Assembly: GCA_963793865.1 (NCBI GenBank)
Contig: CAWCBP010000010.1
Location: forward strand, 32,001 to 96,000
DNA length: 64,000 nt
Source: an uncultured delta proteobacterium
Lineage (GTDB): Bacteria; Desulfobacterota; WTBG01
Direction: 5' to 3'
The notes beneath the pieces are model-generated. The model made no database searches. It was not told the origin of the DNA and saw only the letters and a list, made by a program, of their open reading frames with translations. The position numbers and the translations under genes were made by a program. Of this stretch, positions 1 through 10,272 are shown piece by piece (position 1 is the stretch's first letter; every line of letters starts with the position of its first letter).

Positions 1-449
1 CCGTAGTAGGAGACCAGCTTCATTCCTTCCAGCGGTTTGACAACGGTCTTTTTGAGCGCCTCCAGTCCCAGATCATGGTGGAGAAAGTCAACCAGGTGCC
101 TGAGCGCAATATCCGGGGCGCGCTGATCATCCACAATCTCATGCAGCCGCTGCTTATGGGCGCCGCCGGTGGTCACCTCTTTCTTCGCCAGGAGGAGATG
201 ACTGTGGCAGGCGGGGCAGGGGGACAGGATGGAGGAGAGCTTCTGGGTATCGGCCTTGAGAAGATTTCGCAAGGGCAGCGCCAGCGCGAGCTCTTCGCTC
301 AGCGCGGCGGCAGGGGTTGCGCCGCAGCAGTTCCAGTCTTCTATCTCCACCAGCTCGACACCGCAATTCCGGGCGAGCAGCCTCACTGACGCATCATACT
401 CCTGAGCGGTGCTGGTCAGGGAACACCCGGGAAAATATCCAATCTGCAT
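1..449 (-). CDS. hdrB: Heterodisulfide reductase subunit B (runs off the window start)
   Basis: Manual translation from the ATG at 449 gives MQIGYFPGCSLTSTAQEYDASV...EIEDWNCCGA, a CCG domain. It lies directly downstream of hdrC. Confidence 0.92.
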   Translation of the reverse strand, partial: MQIGYFPGCSLTSTAQEYDASVRLLARNCGVELVEIEDWNCCGATPAAALSEELALALPLRNLLKADTQKLSSILSPCPACHSHLLLAKKEVTTGGAHKQRLHEIVDDQRAPDIALRHLVDFLHHDLGLEALKKTVVKPLEGMKLVSYY

Positions 450-467
450 ACAATCTTCTCGGCTTGA

Positions 468-1022
468 TCAGGTAAATTTTTTGCTCTTGCGAAAGATCTC
501 GCGTATGTCGCGCAGTCCTTTTATCCTGTGGGGAAGCAGGCCCAATTTGCCCTTGCGCAGCATGGTCGGCCCGAAGCCCGCATCCTTCAGGGGTTGACCG
601 GTGGTGAGATTGAACCTGGTCACCATGCCCAGTTCATACACACGACCGTGGTGCTTAATGGAATCGGTAAAAATGGTGTTGAAGCCGGATATCTTCCTGT
701 CGGCAGGCGGATACCCCTTGTCCAGGGTAAGCTTGCGCAGGGTGTTCATCACCAGGGCAATGTCAATATCATGGGGGCATCTGATGGAGCAGGTCTGGCA
801 GCCGGCGCAGAACCAGAAGGTGTTGGCGGTGAGCACCTTTTCCTCCTGATTGAGGCGGATCAGCTCCATGATCTGATTGGGGATGTATTTCATCTCACTC
901 GCGACCGGACAGCCGGAAGAGCACTTTCCGCATTGAATGCATTTCCCCACGTCCTCCCCGCAGCGCTCGATGATGAGGTTCCTGAAGGCGTGAATCTGTT
1001 CTCCTCGAAGTATGGTCAGCAT
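468..1022 (-). CDS. hdrC: Heterodisulfide reductase subunit C
   Basis: Two 4Fe-4S motifs (CIQCGKCSSGCP, CAGCQTCSIRCP). Sits between hdrA and hdrB. Confidence 0.92.
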   Translation of the reverse strand: MLTILRGEQIHAFRNLIIERCGEDVGKCIQCGKCSSGCPVASEMKYIPNQIMELIRLNQEEKVLTANTFWFCAGCQTCSIRCPHDIDIALVMNTLRKLTLDKGYPPADRKISGFNTIFTDSIKHHGRVYELGMVTRFNLTTGQPLKDAGFGPTMLRKGKLGLLPHRIKGLRDIREIFRKSKKFT

Positions 1023-1034
1023 ATTCCCGCGCTC

Positions 1035-2996
1035 CTATGCCGTTTTCAGGGCTGAGGCGATCTGGGAGTGGATTTGCTCGTCGGTAAATCCCTTCACCTC
1101 GATTGCCCGTACCCTGCAGGCTGAACAGCAATTGCCGCACCCCTGGCAGAGGGACTCCACCACATGCGCCAACACCTTTCCGTCGTGTGACGTTTCCTGA
1201 ATGGCATTAAAGGGACACACCTCGATACAGTTGAGGCATCCGGTACAGCGGGTTTCATCCACCCCGGCGATCTTGGGTTCAATAATCATCTCCTGCTGAG
1301 AGAGGATGCTGCATACGCCCACGGCGGCAGCACCGCTCATGGCGACCGTGTCGGGAATATCCTTGGGAAACTGGCAGCTCCCGGTCAGGTAGATCCCCCG
1401 GGTAACGCTGGCGACGGGCTCCAGCTTGGGGTGAATTTCGGTATAAAAGCCCAGCCCGTCAACAGGAATGTTCAGTTTCTGGGCAAGCTGCTTTGCATCC
1501 GGTTGCGCTACCATTGCGGTCGCCAGGACCACCAGATCGGCTTCGATCCTGACCGGTTCCCCCAGCAGGGTATCCGACCCGCACACTATCAGTTTTTCTC
1601 CCTGCTGGTAGATTTTTGAGACCCGTCCCCGGAGGTAAATTGCGCCTGACTCCTCCTGGACCCGGTTGAGAAATTCCTCGTAGTTCTTTCCCGGGGAACG
1701 AATGTCGATGTAAAAAACGTAGGACTGGCTGTCAGGAATATGATCCTTGAGGAGGAGCGCATGCTTTGCCGTATACATGCAGCACACCCGGGAGCAATAG
1801 GGCATGCCCTTGCTGGGATCCCGGGAGCCCACGCACTGGATAAACACCACGGTCTTCGCCTCTTTGCCGTCAGAAGGACGGATGACCTTGCCGGCGGTGG
1901 GGCCTGAGGTGTCGAGCATGCGCTCAAGGTGGAGGCCGGTGATGATATCCTTGAACTTTCCCGCCCCGTACTCGCCATAAACGGTCCAATCGAAGGGTGA
2001 AAATCCGGTGGCAACCACGATGGCGCCGAACTTTTCCGTAATCAGCTCATCCTGCTGCTCGTAGTCAATGGCGCCGGTGGGGCATACCTTGGAGCACACC
2101 TGGCACTTCCCCTTGGTGAAGTAGGTGCAATTTGCCCTGTCAATGGCCGGCACATTGGGAACGGCCTGGGTGAAGGGGGTATAGATGGCCTTGCGGTTTC
2201 CCAGCCCCATATCGAACTCGCTTTGAATCTTGCGGGGGCACTTCTGCTGACACTCTCCGCAGCCGGTGCATTTGCTCATGTCCACCGAGCGCGCCTTTTT
2301 GCGGATGGTGACTTCAAAGTTGCCGACGAATCCCCGCACCTCCTCAATCTCGGCATAGGTATAGAGTCTGATGTTTTCGTCCTGGGATGACTCCGTCATC
2401 CGGGGGGTGAGTATTCAGGCGGAACAGTCTAATGTGGGGAAGGTCTTTTCCAGCTGCGCCATGCGGCCCCCGATGCTGGGGGTTTTTTCCACCAGGGTGA
2501 CCGGATAGCCCGCCTTGCTGATGTTCAAGGCGGCCTGCATGCCGGCAATCCCGCCCCCGATTACCAGCGCCCTTTTTTCAACCGGCATCTTCATGGGGGT
2601 GAGGGGTACGAGCCTTCTCGCTTTGGCGACGGACATTTTGGTTAAATCAAAGGCCTTCTCCGTTGCCTTTTCCTTGTCCTCATGCACCCAGCTGCACTGC
2701 TCCCTGATATTGGCCATTTCAAACTGGTAGGGGTTGAGGCCTGCCTTGCTCACGCATTTCATGAAGGTGGCTTCGTGCATGCGGGGGGTACAGGAAGCGA
2801 CGACCACCTTGTCCAGGCGGTGTTCCCTGATGGCCTCCTGGATGGCGGTCTGTCCGAGTTCGGAGCAGCTGTATTTGAGCTCCTGGGCAACAACCACCTC
2901 GGGCAGCGCCTTTACCCGTTCCACCACCCGGGCAACATCCACCACCCCGGCGATATTGGTACCACAATCACAGACAAACACACCCACCCGTGCCAT
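1035..2996 (-). CDS. hdrA: Heterodisulfide reductase subunit A, selenoprotein (UGA at 2415-2417 read as Sec)
   Basis: ORFs 2415..2996 and 1035..2399 are in frame across KTFPTLDCSA-UGA-ILTPRM. FAD motif GGGIAG, CVGSRD and CSRVCC motifs, ferredoxin motifs, SECIS-like hairpin. Confidence 0.93.
2385..2401 (-). promoter_or_regulatory. SECIS-like hairpin of hdrA
   Basis: mRNA GGAUGAC-GGA-GUCAUCC, a perfect 7-bp stem starting 13 nt after the UGA. Confidence 0.75.
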
Positions 2997-3061
2997 TGCC
3001 GGTAACCCCTTGATGCGTTAAAAGCGAGAAGTGATGCATGATACAGGTATAGAAAACAAAT

Positions 3062-3322
3062 GCAAATCCGAAGCATCGAAATCCGAAACAAATCCAAAAT
3101 TCAAAGCACAAATGTTCCAAACGGGCACTATAAAAACCTACACACAGGGCTCCTGTAAACTGTCAACCGTCAACTGTAAACTATTTTTGAACCACGAAGC
3201 CCACGAAGAAAAAACCAAGAACTGAGATCACGAAGAAAGAAACCAAAGTCCCTGTAATTTTTCCAATTCTCAATCGTTCATGCACGACTGAGAAGTCTTG
3301 CTTCGTGCCCTGTACGTGGTTA
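3062..3322. repeat. Modular intergenic repeat array (AAATCC(G)AA module, TGTAAAC module, CACGAAG/CTTCGTG arms, central palindrome)
   Basis: Shares modules in the same order with 6786-7152 and partly with 20356-20645. Confidence 0.8.
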
Positions 3323-3332
3323 TATCATTTCC

Positions 3333-5379
3333 TCAACCCGGGCTTTTCTCCAGCCTCACCGCGCATACTTTGAACTCCGGAATCTTTGCGACAGGGTCCA
3401 GGGCGGCATGGGTCAGGACATTTGCTGCCGCCTCCGCAAAGTGGAAGGGGATAAACACCACCTTCTTCCCCACGCGCTCGGTAATGATCACCCTCGTTTC
3501 AATGGCGCCCCTTCGAGAGGCAATTTTCACCATTTCGTTTTCGCTGATGCCCAGCTGTTTCGCGTCTTCGGGATGAACTTCAATATAACCCTCTTTCATT
3601 TCGGCATGGAGAGAGGGAGAGTTCCGGGTCATGGTACCGGTGTGGTAGTGGACAAAGGACCTCCCCGTGGTAAGCTGGTAGGGATAGTCCGCATCATTAA
3701 GCTCAGCAGGCGGTTTATAGGTGACGGGGTGAAAGAGCCCCTTGCCCCTGGTGAACATGTCTTTGTGGAGAAATTTTGTCCCCGGATGCTCCCTGGTGGG
3801 ACAGGGCCACTGCAGGCCCCCCTGTTCCAACCGGTCATAGGTAATGCCTCCGTAGCTCGGGGTAAGGGCGGCAACCTCTTCCTGGATCGCCGAGGGATGG
3901 GGATAATCCATCGGATATCCCATGGCCCCGGAGAGATCGCAGAGAATCTGCCAATCGGCCCTGGCATCGCCTAAAGGTTCGATGGCCTTGCGTACCCGCT
4001 GTACCTTTCTTTCCGTGTTGGTAAATGTTCCTTCCTTCTCCGCAAAACTTACCCCCGGCAGGACCACATCGGCGAGCCGGGCGGTCTCGGTCAGGAAGAT
4101 ATCGATGACCAGGAGGAAGTCAAGGGCGTTGAGCGCCTCCGCTACGTGGCGGAGATCGGGATCGCTCACCATGGGATTTTCCCCCAGGATGATCATCGCC
4201 TTGGTGGTTCCCGCCAGGGCGCCGTCGAACATGTCCATGATGGTGAGTCCCGGCTTCCGGGAGAGCGCTGTCCCCCAGGCGGCCTCAAACTTTTTCGCGG
4301 TCTCTTCGTTGTTTACCTGCTGGTAACCGGGATATACGTTGGGCAGCGCACCCATGTCACAGGCGCCCTGGACATTATTCTGCCCGCGCAAGGGGTTTAC
4401 CCCTCCGCTCTCCACTCCCACCCGTCCGCAGAGCATGGCCAGGTTTGCCAGTGATTTTACGTTGTCCACGCCGGTGGTATGCTGGGTAATCCCCATCGCA
4501 TACACGATGGATGAACTTTTGCTCGTGGCAAAGGCGCGGGCGATTGAGCGCAGATCGTTTGCGCTCACCCCGGTTATCTCCTCCACCTTTTCGGGGGTAT
4601 ACGGGGGCAAGCGCTTCCCGCAGCTGATCGAACTGTTCCGTCCGGGCGGCGATGTAGTCCTTATCCTCCCACCCCTCTGTGATGATGGTCTGCATGATGC
4701 CGTTAATCAGCGCCACATCCGTCCCCAGCCTCTGCCTGACATGGATATCGGCATAGTGGGCAAGATGAATCTTCCGGGGGTCGGCCACAATGATGGTTGC
4801 CCCCCGCTCTTTGGCCTTGAAAATCCGGGAAGCGATAAGGGGGTGGGCCTCCGAGGTATTGGACCCTATGATGAAGATGCACTCCGCATCTTCCAGCTCG
4901 TCGATGGAATTCGTCATGGCGCCGCTTCCGAAGGCTGCCGCCAGACCGGCGACGGTCGAGCTGTGTCAGAGACGGGCGCAGTGATCAACGTTGTTTGTCC
5001 CCACCGCCGCCCGCATCAATTTTTGCATGAGGTAGTTTTCCTCGTTGGTGCACTTGGCCGAGGAGAGGCAGGCAATGCTTTCGGGGCCGGAGGATTCTTT
5101 CAGCGCCTTTAATTTTGAGGACACGACCGAGAGGGCCTCCTCCCAGGAGGCTTCCTGCAGCTCCCCGTTCTTCCTGACCAGGGGGGTGCGCAGCCTCTTT
5201 TCACTGACGACAAATTCATGGGCGGTCCATCCCTTGATGCAGAGGGCGCCGTGGTTGACGGGATTGGACTTGCCGGGCAACACCCCCACAAGCGCTCCGT
5301 CCAGCACTTCCAGGAGCAGTTCACATCCGCAACCGCAGTACACACAGGTGGTGGGGACGGTAAAGTAATTCAAGTGCAC
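3333..5379 (-). CDS. fdhF: Cytoplasmic formate dehydrogenase alpha subunit (Mo/W-bisPGD), selenoprotein; one extra base near 4605
   Basis: CVYCGCGC 4Fe-4S motif, DHCARL-UGA-HSSTVAGL active site (UGA 4966-4968), PLRGQNNVQGACDMG, PEFKVCAV. No Tat signal. Frameshift in the G5 run at 4603-4607. Confidence 0.93.
4937..4953 (-). promoter_or_regulatory. SECIS hairpin of fdhF
   Basis: GUCGCC-GGUCU-GGCGGC starting 12 nt after the UGA, with GGUCUG placed as in the E. coli fdhF SECIS. Confidence 0.8.
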
Positions 5380-5388
5380 TACCTCTTG

Positions 5389-6192
5389 CTAATGATGATG
5401 TTCGGTTATATCAAAGCTTCCGTCGCCGAGCGTCTGGATGGGGGACGTCGCCTCACCATCTTCTCCGGGGAGAAAGTCGAAGTGCTCTTTTACAATTTCC
5501 CGCACCTTGCGGTAGAGGGTTCTCAAAGGGATGGCCGCCGGGCACGCTTCTTCGCAGAGCCCGCAGTCGATGCACCTCCCCGCCATGTGGAAGGCGCGGG
5601 AGAGATGGAAGGCAGGCACCTGCGGGGGGATTTCACCCAGCGGGATAAGCGGCGCGTCTTCCAAAGTGCATACCTCGCAGAAGCAGACCGGGCAGATGTT
5701 GCGGCAGCCGTAGCACTTGATGCACTTGCCGAACTGGTTGACCCAGTAACGGAAGCGCTCGTCAAGCGGAAGGGACTCGATGGTCTCGAGGGCGGTGCGA
5801 TCGGGCGGGACGACCCGGACTTCACCCGGACCGCACTGGGAGGGATAGGGCTGGGGGCACGTGCACCGTTCCGCCAGCTCTTGGGAGCAGCGTACCCCTA
5901 CCGGGATCACTTTGGTGCGGTCGAGTTGTTGATTCCGGTAGAGCTCAATCAATGCCTTTTCATCGCATCCTCTCACCATGATTCCGAGGGTGTGCTCAGG
6001 ATAACGGCGGGCGATCTTAAGGATAATTTTGGCAAGGGGATAGCGGGTGTCACCTGCGGTGAGCGCCCGCACATCCTCCGGATCGGTGAAGAGGAAGGGT
6101 ATGGACTGACCGTTTATCTGCCGCATTCCTAAAAACGCGGAGATGGTACCCCCTTTGAGGAGTTCTTCGACTTTCCGGGAAAGTTCATCCAT
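5389..6192 (-). CDS. FdhB/FlxB-like 4Fe-4S dicluster protein (F420-dehydrogenase beta-like)
   Basis: VRGCD, CIKCYGCRNICPVCFCEVC and HMAGRCIDCGLCEEACP motifs. Lies between mvhD and fdhF. Confidence 0.8.
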   Translation of the reverse strand: MDELSRKVEELLKGGTISAFLGMRQINGQSIPFLFTDPEDVRALTAGDTRYPLAKIILKIARRYPEHTLGIMVRGCDEKALIELYRNQQLDRTKVIPVGVRCSQELAERCTCPQPYPSQCGPGEVRVVPPDRTALETIESLPLDERFRYWVNQFGKCIKCYGCRNICPVCFCEVCTLEDAPLIPLGEIPPQVPAFHLSRAFHMAGRCIDCGLCEEACPAAIPLRTLYRKVREIVKEHFDFLPGEDGEATSPIQTLGDGSFDITEHHH

Positions 6193-6201
6193 ACGAGCGG
6201 T

Positions 6202-6636
6202 CTAGCGATTAAACGGAATTGTTTTAATGGGAGTAGGCCCCAGGGTTCTGACCGTTTGGGTAAATTCATCCGCCACGCGGGCAAACTTGTCACCTTCTGA
6301 CGCGGCAATCCATTCCAGGCGCAACCGCTCGGGTGAAATGCCGAGGAAGTTGATCAGCTCCTTTAATATCATTACCCTTTTGGCGGTGATATAGTTTCCC
6401 TTCAGGTAGTGACAATCACCGATATGGCATCCCGTAACCAGTACCCCGTCAGCCCCCTCCTGAAAGGCCTTAATGATAAAGTGGGGAGAAATTCGCCCGC
6501 TGCACATCACCCGAATGGGGCGGATATTGGATGAGTATTTTAACCTCATACCTCCCGCGAGATCAGCCCCCGCGTAGCTGCACCAGTTGCAGCAAAATGC
6601 TATGATTTTCGGTTCGAAGCTGCTGTCCTGAGACAT
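6202..6636 (-). CDS. mvhD: MvhD/FlpD [2Fe-2S] protein
   Basis: FCCNWCSYAGAD, RVMCSGR, GADGVLVTGCHIGDCHY motifs. Cys-encoded, no UGA. Confidence 0.93.
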   Translation of the reverse strand: MSQDSSFEPKIIAFCCNWCSYAGADLAGGMRLKYSSNIRPIRVMCSGRISPHFIIKAFQEGADGVLVTGCHIGDCHYLKGNYITAKRVMILKELINFLGISPERLRLEWIAASEGDKFARVADEFTQTVRTLGPTPIKTIPFNR

Positions 6637-6785
6637 GCAATTCTCTTGATTTGTCGTGGATGTGCACGTGAGGATTTTTTCACTAACACACCGCTCTGCG
6701 GGTTGTCAATGAATTTGTAGCGGCGATGGGGTATCCACTAAACACGGGACAGGATTCAGGATGCACGATGCAGGTTGGAGAAATA

Positions 6786-7152
6786 AATCCGAAGCACAAA
6801 ATCCTAAATCCCAAACAAATCCAAATTTCAAAGCTCAAATGTTCCAAACGGCCACCACGAATCCCACGAAGATGTATGCACAAAGGACACGAAGGAGCCT
6901 CTGGAAACTGACATCTGTAAACTGGTATGTTTTGACCCTGCTCCCTCAACCCTGCCCCCTGTATTTGTCACCACGAAGCCCACGAAGAAAAATCAAAAAA
7001 CGAGTTCACGAAGAAAGACTCTGAACTTTTTAATTTTCAGTCGTGCGTGCACGACTGAAAATTCTTGCAGTAGGACGCGGCAGGTCGCGTCCTACTTAGA
7101 CACTTGTTTACTTCGTGTGCTTCGTGTCTTACCCTTCGTGCTCTTCGTGGTT
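6786..7152. repeat. Modular intergenic repeat array with an embedded GTAG REP (7070-7095)
   Basis: Homologous to 3062-3322. Near-perfect palindrome AATTTTCAGTCGTGC-GT-GCACGACTGAAAATT at 7032-7063. Confidence 0.8.
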
Positions 7153-7181
7153 ACATCCTTTTCTGTGGACAGTGCACGATG

Positions 7182-7393
7182 TGGGGTCAGGTCTTGAAAT
7201 ATCAGTTTGCAAGTGAGGGGCGTCAGGATATCGAATATTGGACGGGGGTTAATCAGATTTCTCGCTTTACTAGAAATGAAAAACCGAAGAAAACACTGCC
7301 TATGTTCTGATGCCACAACGGAGCACAAGCCACAATTCTCAGCAATAATAAGAAGCTTTGCCTTCAAAACTGATATTTCAAGACCTGACCCCA
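7182..7393. mobile_element. MITE-like element with perfect 27-bp terminal inverted repeats
   Basis: TGGGGTCAGGTCTTGAAATATCAGTTT at 7182-7208 and its reverse complement at 7367-7393. No transposase inside. Confidence 0.65.
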
Positions 7394-7469
7394 ATAGAAG
7401 GTGTTGTTTCGCACATCCATTTCAGTATGTTTTGTGAACCCTGCCCCTGTGTTTTGACCCTGCACCCTC

Positions 7470-7739
7470 TCAGTTCAGCGTTATCTTGCCGGTGATCAGC
7501 AGGGGGAGGCGACTGCCGTGAGAGGTGCACAGCGTATAGGAGGTAAGGCTTGCTTCCGAGCGATTTTCTGTCAGGGATATCATTATGTCCTGGTAGGCCG
7601 GATGATCATAAGGGATCCGCGCAGAGTAGTGAGACGCGGACTTGTATTTGAATTTTCTCATGCCTTTTGATACGCAATACTCGAGCACGCCGAAGCCCGC
7701 GAGCAGAAGGTGAATACTGATAATGAGAAGTCTATGCAT
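7470..7739 (-). CDS. Possible small hypothetical protein with a hydrophobic N-terminus
   Basis: 89-aa ATG ORF between repeat arrays. No recognisable motif. Confidence 0.25.
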   Translation of the reverse strand: MHRLLIISIHLLLAGFGVLEYCVSKGMRKFKYKSASHYSARIPYDHPAYQDIMISLTENRSEASLTSYTLCTSHGSRLPLLITGKITLN

Positions 7740-7759
7740 AAACTAAGCACCAAAATTAT

Positions 7760-7950
7760 AACCACGAAGGGAACAAAGGCTTTACCACGAAGAGCACGAA
7801 GAAAAACAACTACCCGACGAAGGACACAAGCAGCGCAATGAGAAAGGGGCAGGTATACATTGGTCGTCGGGCCACAGTCCGCTGTATAGTAAAAAGGAAC
7901 TTTTGCTCTTCGTGAGCTTCGTGTCCCCCTCTTCGTGCACTTCGTGGTTA
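7760..7950. repeat. Fold-back CACGAAG/CTTCGTG repeat element
   Basis: Left arm ACCACGAAG...CACGAAGAGCACGAAG, right arm CTTCGTG...CTTCGTGCACTTCGTGGT. Confidence 0.75.
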
Positions 7951-7977
7951 CCTCTTGCCCGTGGCTTTTCCAGTTTT

Positions 7978-10010
7978 CTACATGGCCTCGACCACGATCT
8001 CAGCCACGTCCTTCACTTTCACCTGGTCCTGGCGTTTTCGTCTTGCAGGCCGTCCTCGAACATGGTCATGCAGTAGGGGCAGGCCACGGCGATGGTTGAG
8101 GGATTCAGGGCAGGGCCTCCGGCGTCCGCTCAAGATAGATGCGCCTGCCGATGTCTCCGTCCATCCACATCCTGCCGCCGCCCGCGCCGCAGCAGAAGCT
8201 GTTCTGCGCGGCATCGGGGCATCTCCAGCGGCGGCTTGCCGCCGATGCGGCCGCTGATGATCACCTCGCGGGGCTCGTTGTAGCATGCCGTTGTACCGGC
8301 CCAGGTAGCAGGAATCGTGGAAGACGATCCTTGCCGTCCAGGCCCGGCCGGAAAGCGTAATGCGCCCCTGCTCCAGGAGCAGTCGGCAATGAGCTGCGTG
8401 TGGTGGATCACCTCGAAGTCGGCCCCGTACTGCGCGTAGTCGTTCTTCAGGGTGTTGAAGCAGTGCGGGCAGAAGGTGATGACCTGCCGGACGCCGTGTC
8501 GTTTGAAGAGTGCGATGTTCTCGCGGGCCAGCATGTCGAAACACGTACTCGTTGCCCAGCCGCCGCAGCGGATCGCCGCAGCACTTCTCGCGGGTCCCCA
8601 GGATTCCCCAGGAAAGGCCGGCCCGGATTGAAGATCTCGGCCAGGGCCAGCGTGACCGTCTGGCGGTTCCGGGAATCGAACGAACCGGAGCATCCGACGA
8701 AGAACAGGTAATCCACCTTGGCGTCGTCGGCCATGACTCGGACCTCATGCTCCTGGGCCCATTTCGCCCGCTCGGCGGGGCGCGATGCCCCAGGGATTGA
8801 ACCGCTGCTCGGTGTTCTCGAAGAGGTTGGTCAGCTCTTCGGAGGAACTCGGCCTTCTCCATCACCAGGTGCCGCCGCATGCCGATAAGCTTGGGGACGT
8901 GCTCGATGAACACGGGGCAGGCGTTACCATGCAGGCGCCGCAGGTGGTGCAGGCCCAGATGGCGTCGGTGCGAGACGCTCGTCTCCGCGGCCGTTAATCA
9001 GGGGCCATGTCATGGAGGCGTCGTGCGCGGGCTGAGGCCAGGCTGTCGGCCGGCCGGGTGGCCATGAGGACGCTGCCGTTGGCCAGCAGGTTCAGCTTTC
9101 CCTCGTGGATCACCTCCTGGGATTCAGCGGCTTGCCGGTGTTGTGGGCGGGGCAGCACGCCTGGCACCGCCCGCACTCCGTGCAGGAGAAGAAGTCCAGC
9201 AGGTCCTTCCAGGTGAACTGGAAGACCTTGGAGACGCCGAAGGTGTTCCCCTTTTTGAAGACCATGCGCGGCACCGTGTTGACGAAGTCGAAGCTGCGGA
9301 AAAAGCAGTTGGGAATGGCGGTGAGGATGTGCAGGTGCTTGCCCTGGGGCAGGTACGTCGAGAAAGAAGAGCAGGGCCAGGGCGTGGATCCACCAGAAAA
9401 TCCGGGCAAGCAGGTGGACCTGTTCGGGAGGGTATCCGGCGGCCAATCCGACAGAGGCGGCGCGACAGCGGCATCCAGGCGGCCATCGACGGTCCCTCCC
9501 CAGATGGATCTCGCAGGCATGCAGCCCGAAGTAGGCGACCATGAGGGAGGCGACCAGGGCCAGGATGAAGTAGGCGTCAAGCGTGGCATCGATGTGGGGG
9601 GGCCGGAAAGCGACCCGCCGCATCACGCCGCGATCACCACGCAGGCCAGGACCACCAGCGACATGCATGTCGGCCATGAGCAGCAGCATGCCGGATAGAG
9701 CATGGCCCCAAGGAACTCGAAGGAGAAGCGGGGGAAACACGCCCGCCACCAAGAACTGGGCGTTGACCAGCAGCAGGACCATGAATCCCCAGAAGATGAG
9801 GAAGTGGTTCAGCCCGAATTTTTCGCTCACCACCCGCCGCTGGCCGAAGGCGTACACGAACATGCCTCTCAGACGGGCCCAGAGGTGATCAAAGCGGTTT
9901 TCCCACTGGCCCAGGCAGAGGAAGGAGAAGAGCCTGAAAACATTCCTTGGGAAAAAGCCGACGCCGCACACCAGCAGGACGGCAAAGATGAGGGATTCTA
10001 CGGCGCTCAA
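7978..10010 (-). CDS. Membrane FeS oxidoreductase (DUF224/HdrF/FadF family; ETF:menaquinone oxidoreductase-like), multiple indels
   Basis: Fragments in alternating frames: TM segments ([13 protein letters not shown]), [63 protein letters not shown]. Downstream of etfBA. Confidence 0.82.
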
Positions 10011-10162
10011 GGGAACTCCTTTATTGAGGGTACAGGCAGGGTTCAGGGTCAGGGTCAGAACAGTAAGCCAGACAGTGACAGATCAGCGACAGGGTAACAA
10101 GGAACAGAAGAGTCTATGGCAGTCAGTCCACAGTCGAAAGCAAAGACAAAAAGAGAATCATC

Positions 10163-10272
10163 GTAAGGGCAGGCCCCTATGCCTGCCCGGAATATAATAG
10201 GGCAACCACAGGGGGTTGCCTCTCCTATTTCTTCGTGATCTGCTTCTCTCTTTCTTCGTGCTCTTCGTGGTT
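10163..10272. repeat. REP doublet (AGGGCAGGCCCCT...GGGCAACCACAGGGGGTTGCC) plus CTTCGTG arm
   Basis: Near-identical copy at 26667-26763. Confidence 0.75.
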
